Assembly (NCBI GenBank): GCA_000004985.1
Contig: GG738851.1
From: Naegleria gruberi
Taxonomy: Eukaryota
Length of the DNA stretch: 64,000 nucleotides
Reading direction: 5' to 3' (one strand)
The notes beneath the pieces are model-generated. The model saw only the letters and a list, made by a program, of their open reading frames with translations. It had not been told where the DNA came from and did no database searches. Both the position numbers and the translations under genes were made by a program. Shown here one piece after another: positions 57,701 through 64,000 of the stretch. Every line of letters starts with the position of its first letter. The first letter of the stretch is position 1.

Positions 57701-60700
57701 AGTTCTTACTATTAGAATATGCACATTCCTGTAAAACTTTCATCAATGAAGAAACAATGGCATCTACAAGTTGTTTTGAATTTTCCTTTCCTGATAAGCA
57801 TTTTATCAATTGCTCTATTTGTTTCCTTGTATCTTTAACCAAAACCTTACTTTCTATAAAAGTATTAAATCCTTCTGTTTCAGATAATACTTTAGAAATT
57901 TCCTTGTTTTCGGGATCAACCTTAGTTAAAATTGATTCAATAAAAGAGAGCAATAGGTTAAATATTTCAGCCGAATTTTCTGTTTGCATTAGTAAGCTCA
58001 TCAAAATAGAAGAGTTAAACTTTAGGTTCTCACAATATTTTGGACTTGTTGACTGACCGACAAGTAATACTTGAATGCTTTGTAATTTCTTTTCATCAGT
58101 AGAAAATATTTGATCTTCCAAATGTTCGAAAACTTCAGCTAAAACCTTCTTTGCAACTTCAACTTTCTTTTCTACCAACAAGGTTTTCTTGACTGATTCA
58201 ACAATTCTAAGAAGAGTAAAATTCTTGAAAATATGTAACTCCTGAACAAAACCATCTTTGAAAATATTGAAAAGAATTGATTCTACCAATAAGGCTGATC
58301 TAAATGTATAGTGTTCTCTAATATTGAATAAACTTTCGACTTTTTCTGAATTAAATTGAGACAAGTCGAGCATGTTTTGTTCAGTTGCCTTATTGATTGT
58401 GAAAGAAATTAATTCAATAACTGATTTGATAGAATGATACAAAGCAAATGCTGTAGAGTTCTCCCTTGAAAGATGTACACTCTTTACATTATGTATCAGA
58501 ATAGAATTGAAACTTTCTGCCAAGGACAACTCGGAGACAATTTTCTTGAGAGATTGTAATTTTCCATCATACCACTCACCAACGTTTAGAGTTGAAATCT
58601 TGGCCAGATTAGGTGAAGTGAAAGAGCTGATCAATGATACAATATCCTCCTTTGCAAGAGATGATTGGCAAATATCCAAGCATACATCTACTTCTTCAGT
58701 AGAAAGTTGATTGATTTGAAGTTCCTTGGAGAAAACCAAATACAAATCATTCAACAAATTCTTGAGCAATGAAAAGGAGAAATCTAAGGCTGTTTCGAAA
58801 AGCTTTTTTGATGGACTTTTCTCTATTTGCTTTTTAAGAAGCATACATGTTTTGTCAGAATAGAGAGACAAAAATATTGGCTTGACATTTTCAAAGCTTT
58901 TCTCTTTTAACACTCTTTCAACAACAGAATCATTAGATGCAGTCTTATCGTGGTAGAAAATCTCTGCTAAAATGTTGCTAAAGTTGTTCTTGTTAAATTT
59001 CAAATTTTCAATCTTCATCAAGGTTTTAATTAACCTGAGTGAGACATCTGTAAAGTAATCACATTCGTGGTTAGTATTTTTGTCTTGATAACTTGTAAAG
59101 GCTTCAAAAAGGACACATATCAACTTTTCAGCCATGTTATCCTTTGACAATATTTGCGTAACATGTGAAGAAAGCTGATTACTAGAGTAGTTCAACTCAA
59201 AAATACCATTACCCACATCCTTAGAGTCTAATTGTTGGAGTAATAAATTTTTAGATACTGTAATGTTCTCTCCCTTGATAAAACATGTGAGTTGTTGCAG
59301 TGCCGAAGATGGAATCTTTTCAAAGTTAAAGCACAAGTATTCAAACAATACCAAGATATTAGAAAGAAGTGTTTTCCTACTATCTTTCAAAAAGTCTTCC
59401 TTCAACACTTGTGTCAATAGTGAAGAAAATATTATCTTTCTTGTTTCAATAGAGAAGGTCTCAAAACTAAAAGCTAAGAATAGGCAAACCTCAACACCAG
59501 TTTGTGAAATTGAAACAGTTTCCAAAGATTTGATAAATGTTGTCCATATTGATTCATAAATTTTTCTATCAGATGAGTTGTGCAATACTAATTTCATAAA
59601 AATTCTTAACACTTGTGGCTTCATCTCAATAATACTCATGTTTAAAGATGCGATATCACAATTTGATGATGCCAAAATATCTAAAATCTTGTTAAACACC
59701 CTTTGAGTATCGTGATCACCAATATTTTCTCCAATTTTGAAAAGTTTGCTCAAGTTCTCAATGGAGCTGGAAACAAAACTATCCTTAAACTCCTTATTGT
59801 TTTCTTGGAGGCCATTTTTGAGTAAAACAAGGAAATTAGTGATTAAATCATTAGTGGATGGAGTTCCCAACTCGAGATCGACAGCCTTCTCCACAATGGT
59901 AATCACCTTGTTAATATTGGCGTGAGAGAACAATTCAGCATAAACTATAATTTCCTGCAATAATGATTTCTTAAACGTAAAAGCCTCCTCAACTTCTTTA
60001 ATCTTATTAAGAGGGAAATATTTTTCTATCATTGGGCTAACTATTAGTGGAAGATTGTAAGAATCTGGTTTGATTTCATTAAAAGTGGAGTGTGACGAAT
60101 AGATATTAGCCATTAGGTACAAGTAATTGGAGTAGATTGCCATGGACTTTTGAACGCCATCCTCCTCATTAAAAATGCAGAAAATACCGTTTAAAAAGTG
60201 GGCAAGTGCAAGTTTGGAATCTTTTGTGTTGGTTTTTTTAAGAATGAGAGTGGCAATAGATCTCAATATATCTGGACTATAGTTTCCAACAGATTGTTTT
60301 GTAATGATTTCTTTTACCTTTTCAATCAAAAATTCAGTTTCTATTTTACAGACATTCACATTTGGCTTTGAAAGAAGATTGATAATTTCGAATGTGACTC
60401 CACTCACTTCACCCTTTTGTTCATAATTAGAGCTCAAAATCTTGTTCAGTATGTAGCATAAATTTTCTCCAACAAGTAAATTATTGATGAGGTATGACCT
60501 AGATTGTTTAACAATCTTATCAAAAGAAAGAGTAGAATTTGAGAATTTTCCAATTACTGGTGTGATTGTAAAATTAGAATCCACTGATTGCTCGTTGGAG
60601 ATGATTAATAATTGTTGAATAATATCAGTATTTGGTATAGTTTCAGAATTTTCCTCTTTAGGTTTGTTGTCATTAAGATTAAAAGGAAAGGCAACCAACT

Positions 60701-60863
60701 TTTCTGGAATTACTTTCTCCAATCTATTCTCTGCATCAGTTGTCTTTCTTCCAGTCAATATTACATTCAAAATTTTACAAGCGTATTGAATTGTGTGAAT
60801 TACATTTTCCGATAATGGTTTGTCAGCATATTCGTTTAAAACATATGTACAATATCTTGCCAA
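48702..60863 (-). CDS. UBR4 / BIG / p600-type giant E3 ubiquitin ligase, main exon of 4053 codons. One or more short 5' exons are probably upstream, between 60864 and ~61660.
   Basis: A 12.2-kb uninterrupted ORF whose C-terminal third is collinear with metazoan UBR4, with a Cys-rich block (CLVCSDP...CDSCG...CLSCGENVFSCSNC...CSTCGTC) about two-thirds of the way along and a further C-terminal Cys motif (CSVCGDG...FCKHC). The listed start is a TTG. The same frame stays open upstream to a ...TTTTTCAG acceptor. Confidence 0.85.
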   Translation of the reverse strand: MARYCTYVLNEYADKPLSENVIHTIQYACKILNVILTGRKTTDAENRLEKVIPEKLVAFPFNLNDNKPKEENSETIPNTDIIQQLLIISNEQSVDSNFTITPVIGKFSNSTLSFDKIVKQSRSYLINNLLVGENLCYILNKILSSNYEQKGEVSGVTFEIINLLSKPNVNVCKIETEFLIEKVKEIITKQSVGNYSPDILRSIATLILKKTNTKDSKLALAHFLNGIFCIFNEEDGVQKSMAIYSNYLYLMANIYSSHSTFNEIKPDSYNLPLIVSPMIEKYFPLNKIKEVEEAFTFKKSLLQEIIVYAELFSHANINKVITIVEKAVDLELGTPSTNDLITNFLVLLKNGLQENNKEFKDSFVSSSIENLSKLFKIGENIGDHDTQRVFNKILDILASSNCDIASLNMSIIEMKPQVLRIFMKLVLHNSSDRKIYESIWTTFIKSLETVSISQTGVEVCLFLAFSFETFSIETRKIIFSSLLTQVLKEDFLKDSRKTLLSNILVLFEYLCFNFEKIPSSALQQLTCFIKGENITVSKNLLLQQLDSKDVGNGIFELNYSSNQLSSHVTQILSKDNMAEKLICVLFEAFTSYQDKNTNHECDYFTDVSLRLIKTLMKIENLKFNKNNFSNILAEIFYHDKTASNDSVVERVLKEKSFENVKPIFLSLYSDKTCMLLKKQIEKSPSKKLFETALDFSFSLLKNLLNDLYLVFSKELQINQLSTEEVDVCLDICQSSLAKEDIVSLISSFTSPNLAKISTLNVGEWYDGKLQSLKKIVSELSLAESFNSILIHNVKSVHLSRENSTAFALYHSIKSVIELISFTINKATEQNMLDLSQFNSEKVESLFNIREHYTFRSALLVESILFNIFKDGFVQELHIFKNFTLLRIVESVKKTLLVEKKVEVAKKVLAEVFEHLEDQIFSTDEKKLQSIQVLLVGQSTSPKYCENLKFNSSILMSLLMQTENSAEIFNLLLSFIESILTKVDPENKEISKVLSETEGFNTFIESKVLVKDTRKQIEQLIKCLSGKENSKQLVDAIVSSLMKVLQECAYSNSKNFDELSQDLFPLFNSISRGDKLLDSFVEILDSPTAKKDVHIIESICTFLCKYLERDLDSKRGESNRQILKYLKERTNSEKVFTFEGPVIQSNTEIEENMENNSYKASHSLIKTSGFNVDLEDVSDKPDSEATPIESSNGNTLCVSDSLIEKLISILSELKQEYEKQTTESESKNFSWSLQEDFSVSESQKVLAERVASFAASSFTANVTFERRQEVNIFRSKPMPRHLLASNLSNTMALSEQSDISFMKNTTNFADNMKKDNTRSDAVIMNTHSVPFKVVHIKFNPENDNFLAVAGIYECHVLVLDSECNVIQQIPLYLACEDMPTETYIIDIQWLPGEQCLLSVTTNQFVKVYDLSSDTFCPTFNFAAQDDLIASSVFASDPNGMKDLKTCFALTKKGQLYYQSYFNSGGEATFTDSITITTHNGSSEGKYVFYSELAHMLFVSYADGTSVALQLDHLSGKILSCLELSKDSSFKSLGFFTHVVEAIDMCGVVAVMTSNYKLVLFNFLKDKVEYQILDTPDSHTIQGITSIPPFSKNSSIIGLFSSGELIKYSVTKEIVPCLSLPPKSRIFKELRKRHGAKSVKKVKQKLSKPVVTEKPKDLDSLPIDTETSEDITSKCTFEGEKVNDIGLDSFKDSLDENNTLFVQGSNLKFKVKKPDDYVFTHIQVLVGKSNKNSIPYSILMNSHTIETEVDTEKWYTIILTNQEALDLSELEIEFSTVHGGSNEPAIDSIKIFGTFSSTFRFNYSKKKLEPKIVEETSMHHEEKLSFSSEEISMIYFLNRTISDYFQKNGIETKLSKTNIFSIMAECLMIPKFEEVKDYLISTMISLCDEPKSFVTSKTAVELKYISKKKLQEMDSFKIDIVISKYLEAIEFDYEQVFDQIKSEVDFKKTLYSLIEKNKFDGNLNHDNLIKLYSSILFIEFYKESGSLDQISKFLLDDDEAVRTSCSTSLASMMTFSNVPNDKVQIFTTYLVDLTEKTHDSLSLLNILQLVSVSILKYCSNLKEDEYETSISTFIRSLAFNFTDLLNNLAMKSPASEKRTLIMAMLASLLSTSSDSKFVPSLRKEICNLLTESIPELHTSMVSVCDDMLALFVPGNQADFEDIMGGLLRSQKEIPTRLFSPIFSLAYLEENKSDVFASYPKIVLQVVLRLFKHVINVIPVIEADKQKWSNFFSNIALDETPFIRSIGKYNLLLICGSEQFYNKLMDEKLFKSKLSDFVNGSDPVSVWSPEKARRLVVKVNDIMDSVKARPENWINFCMEHENVLPALFEFSFLLDESVTIPLLLLNMSFVSDNDSTLQKLSSLITTHSAKTLNKFVDFIFNGETNTIRAEAAHLMSKLVQFSVKYKEMLFNIIVKRVQSLPYYGKKGKEFLNNLLIPIYDHYPEKKQLIADELAKCLQSQNGLICNHPNSYIYDTIQQYISVEPSGYYLETTPCLVCSDPELDFKELNLQDIIQGQKQSHSSHYYKLSNSYTIESMSIDISDFKRSKMIRTVEIYFNNNQALDANDLPKNSTVWQRAGTMNVAKGEQSATLTFSVPVTCCNLLVEFSSFYFDLASMDALFCDSCGIAVYDKYGLCLSCGENVFSCSNCRGINYDNLDAFICSTCGTCKFATFAFSLSAKQVFIGDKIRNEDDCKKSLQIIDNQLNSSEAKLSALKTKSSEIKSLLVKLKTGDYGEQKLSEVISSLQDVYNNETKTLHGGLSHCQKLMLTTRKHLREYISANRQSDKKYYHESTSSQSSNQFENKCYGCANNFVSNVMDFFLTVKDNNDVNFNDNLVEELFKNISRGGLKEKSFKLLTCLSFGNEQVSEKVNSKLKEQIVKYCRKTLKGYDVTSQLVALTELLKRTFDEKDPFFNNRIQLLFEVLLETSKFSSSVIICEEMIKPCLIILQKFISYGNSKPSSEHSTTDQTVVPMRGLHFGYHQVKEGEMTFEMFKNNQIPKKLPRNDFDILGREFLSNTLLNLSSNTVRELTLQILQSLCLDNSHKQIGILQALTALLSEAMKRGEVSSCFFKLFNELVKQEERKTLLSSKGFLSFVCKLLKKEVSYIHKLENSNTNQSQDLSTGSSLYFLVSLLSEFLIIPEILTEFKTNEQHISTVLGSFLSLKSLVVQKTKATTDSYEMLKSLTEKLQDTEDDKKLFIAACVDTLKLYSDNRTALFVFEKLNNIIQPIKEEPVFKLKLVRAASQEFYFQGRLSRQTWNSVDFKNSSGGPALMSDVKDKICEELSIHSDIPFELLVNNKIIALNLPVTRVYEKVWLTRNMEGSTPNAPMEVIYRFQGIDEASEDNVDTLPSEDDSINIAQRCKITGIISKYGGIEVMVSYLRSITDFSSDKSLAKNLLQFMQYCTNVKLNRRRFLMIDSVECLLSKCKYVFQHGDLAEIAELLLLVIRPLIKEATKMSHETPASPLSSPLSPISADIFNVDSSDLSPMSPNIIGKSDKYKISNEEILEQLKMFLERLPVCSTKIVGAVQSILPFLTYGLEEPMNYLIQYFEPYLKFETFENTTKQKFYLDSFVNVVTSIPNDFAGNNLKTQILQRGITKLALDFVLNHFGESQDWKSSLSLPALPYALNLLQGLVTFHSPTHNLLNSEPLFRILHKIEENTEEKMIATYAESLLNSIAEGSSQSKSIISNIRKSTKEEKKKKAMSKREKTLKQLKQPKITFNFDEAEEEDKGILCSVCGDGNSFKPEEVLGTYMFCKHCYLSDNSSAISSVTQFNTIHSSCHTLAVTADQNRNPPKTEWEGAQIRNSFTKCNALFPFKGPKTSASNYSNAVQKYVSDLSLVKNTGRESFDLLSHDLMLLLNKFAKEESFSKDSGGGSAIHQVKLIPFMIQMGIYILDTLNKNRETQETLLTSFLSTDMETTLELENISYNAILSLYLMTLEEWNHYKKIVIERVVSTIKNTTSGSEEEKFNAQRPALIFVALIDAFQNHLKSPSGLPIKESIKHASTEEWIVKLSKKLESIDQEALSKLEGIATLYTTQLLKFTSVEQFEQIVFK

Positions 60864-61847
60864 TACAAGAAGTGTGTATTTAGTGCTGAAAAAGCAAGCA
60901 CTATTTTTTTGAATAACTGGAATAACATGTTTAGTTTCGAAAAAAGCTCACAAACTTACCCTTTTCAATAAACTTTTTGGAATAGAGTTGTCTTACGAAT
61001 GTGTTCAAAACTTGGACCATTACAAAATGTTGGGTTGAAGAAAAACATTTCATTCTCTGTAAAAACTTGCACAATAGTTTCATGATTGATGGAAAATCAT
61101 TGGCATTACTTTCAGAAAGGTACCTTTCCGATGAAACCACTTGCAAAACGAAAGTTTTCAAAAACTTTGTTGTTTCGTACAATTTATCTCATATTTAAAA
61201 CATACCTCTGTTCCTGTTTCTGATTGTAGGACAGTCTTGTCTACAACTACAGATTCTTCAGCCTTTTTAATAGTTAGAAAATTATAGACCAATGAATAAA
61301 ATTGAACTTACAAATAATAGACCCATTCCAAATACATCTGTCTCTTCATCTGTAGCATCAACAACATTTCCCAATTGAATATATTGATCGCTTGTGTCTT
61401 GATTTGAGAGTTGATCAAGTATTTTACTCCTCTCAAAGGATGAATCAATAAAATTATTAAAGAATTCATCCTCCTCTTCAATGTTAGTTTCTTCCGAAGA
61501 GTGATGATTTATTTTCACACTCATATCAGTGATCTGATGATGATTTAATGATGGTGATATTGGTGATGAAACTTTTCGAAGGCTTGTTATTAAACAAATC
61601 CAAATTGAATAAATACAATCAAATAGACGTGCTAAGAAAGGAATAATTGGTAACACTTCTAATGTTTTTCCGTCTTGAAATTTTCTATTGATTGTGTAAA
61701 TAAATTGTGTGTAGTATTTCCAAACTCTATTGCAATTTTGAGTTTGATCAAAGTTCCAATAGAAAAGACAAAAAGGCTTTGAATCTTTTTTTAGCTTGAT
61801 TTTATTTTTGTTCTTGTTCTTCCTCCAAGCATGATGAAGCAGAAGGA

Positions 61848-62281
61848 ATGATGATTAAATTTTTCATTTGGAGGAACAATGAATTTGATGCCGTGCGATT
61901 GCTTTGGACCATTACAAAATGTTGTCTTGTGTGGGATGGAGGTAAAATAATTTCGCCTCTATTGACCAACAATAAATTATATTTAATTGATATGAACTTA
62001 TTAAAATTTAAAATACAAAAAAAAAACGTTTCTTCAATATAACAATAATTATAATGGTTCTCTGATTGATAATTGGTGGAGTTGAATTTTTGATAGATTG
62101 GATTAGAGGAGTTGATAATAGTCAAAAACAAGGATGTGCTCTCACTCGTTCCTCATCATCAAAAGGATCATCTTCATCTTCTTATAAATATGATTGTAGT
62201 TCTGGCGTTTGTAAAATTGTAAGATCGCCAAGTACTGCTGAAAAAAGGCAAGCCATAGAGTCTGATGATGAATCCAATTAG
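61848..62281 (+). CDS. Possible small two-exon ORF (~92 aa), Ser-rich with four Cys
   Basis: MMIKFFIWRNNEFDAVRLLWTITKCCLVWDG | GTAAAA...TTTTTGATAG | DWIRGVDNSQKQGCALTRSSSSKGSSSSSYKYDCSSGVCKIV.... The first exon shares a 21-nt repeat with 61001..61198. Confidence 0.25.
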
Positions 62282-62801
62282 AGGAATGTTTAATTGGAAT
62301 ATTGATTGGAATTAATCATTACTATGAGTGTTGTTATTTTGGTGTGGATGACGTTCAAGGGAGCTGAAATTTACATTCCTTACCAAATTGTTTCTGATTC
62401 GCTTGTAAGCAACAGTAAATGATTATTGAGTGAGGCAGTAAACTTGAACTGAAAGTATCAATATCAACATGGATAGTGAGATAATTCTCTTTCAATAAAA
62501 TACCCTTGAAAATGAATGTATTTATTTAGTTGAGATTTAAGTCTAGTTTGTTGCCTTGCATGATAAAACAACCAGTTATGGAAGCACCTACACCTTGTTA
62601 AAATCAATGAAAGATCCAAATATTACACATTTGATGGATTAAATTCGAGGAACCATTACCAAGGATAACATATTTGCAATTATAGATAATAATTACACTT
62701 TAAAGGTTTTTCTGACAAGAATTTATCGAAAAATGTAAAAGAGAAAGATTTAGTATGCAAGGGTGGTTAGTAATTTTATTCCACGAAAGATATTGAATTT
62801 G

Positions 62802-63980
62802 TTAAATCTGTTCTGTATCCAAATTTTCAACTAATTCTTCAATCTTTCTCAAATTATCCCACAACTCCAATGAGGAAATTCTTTCTTTTGGATTCCATTT
62901 AAGACAGGAAAGAATTGCATTCTTGATTGGCTCAATAAGTGCATACTCTTCCTCATTATCAGCTACAGAAATCATTTTGCTAATTTCAAATTCCAATTCA
63001 TCTACAAAATCATTGAATTTCTCCTTTTGTTTCTTCTTGTTAGATAACTTGCCTCCAAAATTGACACCTCCAGGCATGATTCTCTGGTAGAATGTGTGGT
63101 CAATCTTTGTATCAAAAGTTAACAGCTGGTAGGCAATTACACCTAATGAAAAGACATCGGTTTTTCGTAACAATTCCATCTCACTAATTTTCTCACTATC
63201 ACTTCTATCCTCACTTGGAGAAATAGGGTCCACACTATCGCTGTTCATTTGGAGATAGAGCTCTGGAGCCATGTGAGGAATAGAACCACACAATTTGGTA
63301 TTCTTCATGCCATCTATTGCATTACTCATACCCTTCTCAGAATTGATACGTATCAGGAAGGAAAAATCAGCCAATTTCAATGTTTGATAATCATCTGCAA
63401 TGAAAATATTTTGAGGTTTAATGTCACGATGACAGTAAACGAAGGAATTTTCTTCTTTCGATGGTTCTTTTTGTTCATTTTCGATAGGTTCAGAGGAGAG
63501 TGATTTTCTATTGTGTCTCGATCTGAATTCTGGGTGATGCAAGAGTGCCAACGTCTCTGCCAACTGTTTCATGTACAATACAAATGTTGAAATTTGAATC
63601 TTCTTGCCCTTTCTTGCTTTGGATTCCAAAAATTTTTGTAAATCACCTTGTGAAAAGAGTGGCATCTCTAAACAAATGGTCATTTCATCATTTTCATTCT
63701 CCTTACTCGATCTATTTACACTTTCAAGGAAAATGCTATTGTGGTGTACAATGTATGGCCACTCTGATAATTCACCCTCGTCCAAATATTGAACAAGTTC
63801 AATTTCATAGAGAATTTCTTGAGCACTTTGTAAATTATCAATTTTAACTTTTTTGAGTGCAACCATTTCATTCCTATTCTGTTCTGGTCCAAGATTTTTG
63901 AGTGCAGAAAATACAATTCCATATGATCCCTCTCCCAGTGGTTGAATCAATTCATAGTCCTTATTTGGATTCTGTTCCAA
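62802..63980 (-). CDS. Ser/Thr protein kinase (392 aa)
   Basis: GEGSYGIVF (Gly loop), VALKKV, YCHRDIKPQNIFI, LKLADFSF, HMAPE, and a C-terminal non-kinase tail. Confidence 0.75.
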   Translation of the reverse strand: MEQNPNKDYELIQPLGEGSYGIVFSALKNLGPEQNRNEMVALKKVKIDNLQSAQEILYEIELVQYLDEGELSEWPYIVHHNSIFLESVNRSSKENENDEMTICLEMPLFSQGDLQKFLESKARKGKKIQISTFVLYMKQLAETLALLHHPEFRSRHNRKSLSSEPIENEQKEPSKEENSFVYCHRDIKPQNIFIADDYQTLKLADFSFLIRINSEKGMSNAIDGMKNTKLCGSIPHMAPELYLQMNSDSVDPISPSEDRSDSEKISEMELLRKTDVFSLGVIAYQLLTFDTKIDHTFYQRIMPGGVNFGGKLSNKKKQKEKFNDFVDELEFEISKMISVADNEEEYALIEPIKNAILSCLKWNPKERISSLELWDNLRKIEELVENLDTEQI

Positions 63981-64000
63981 TTCTTGGAATAATTCTTGTA

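Noticed and set aside
48823-60815. Numerous 60-170-aa ORFs on the plus strand inside the UBR4 locus
   Set aside because: All lie antisense to or overlap the 12-kb UBR4 exon. They are shadow ORFs.
1-64000. Treating the window as prokaryotic or an operon-type defence island
   Set aside because: Spliceosomal GT..AG introns with conserved phases interrupt clearly eukaryotic genes (MetAP2, AKT, CDC14, PRPS, Rho GTPase, cyclophilin), and a CAAX box, F-box and CUE domains are present. No CRISPR repeats or prokaryotic gene organisation were seen.

Overview
This window is AT-rich eukaryotic nuclear DNA (about 30-35% GC) with densely packed genes and short GT...AG introns of 44-110 nt. It is not a prokaryotic locus. 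The gene content (AKT/PKB with a PH domain, a UBR4/BIG-type giant E3, an RWP-RK factor with N/Q-rich tracts, many F-box proteins) points to an AT-rich unicellular eukaryote, perhaps an amoebozoan/dictyostelid-like organism. I cannot determine the organism from sequence alone. About 30 protein-coding genes are recognisable, along with a tRNA-Asp(GTC) and four copies of a 118-nt 5S rRNA gene, one of them truncated. The provided ORF tool appears to accept TTG/GTG start codons, so several listed ORF starts are not real ATGs. All coordinates I derived by hand are approximate to within a few nucleotides. The most notable structure is a roughly 5 kb segment that is bounded by 5S rRNA genes and present twice, in inverted orientation about 23 kb apart. 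The left copy spans about 1995-7652 and the right copy about 30986-34882. The arms are ~99% identical over the aldo-keto reductase gene, but the right arm is decayed. Other points of interest are a two-repeat ubiquitin gene whose repeats carry 11 and 16 substitutions relative to canonical ubiquitin, an unannotated 45-aa Cys-rich metallothionein-like ORF, a GC-rich island unique to one arm, and two perfect palindromic hairpin elements. I found no CRISPR array, transposase or reverse-transcriptase ORF.
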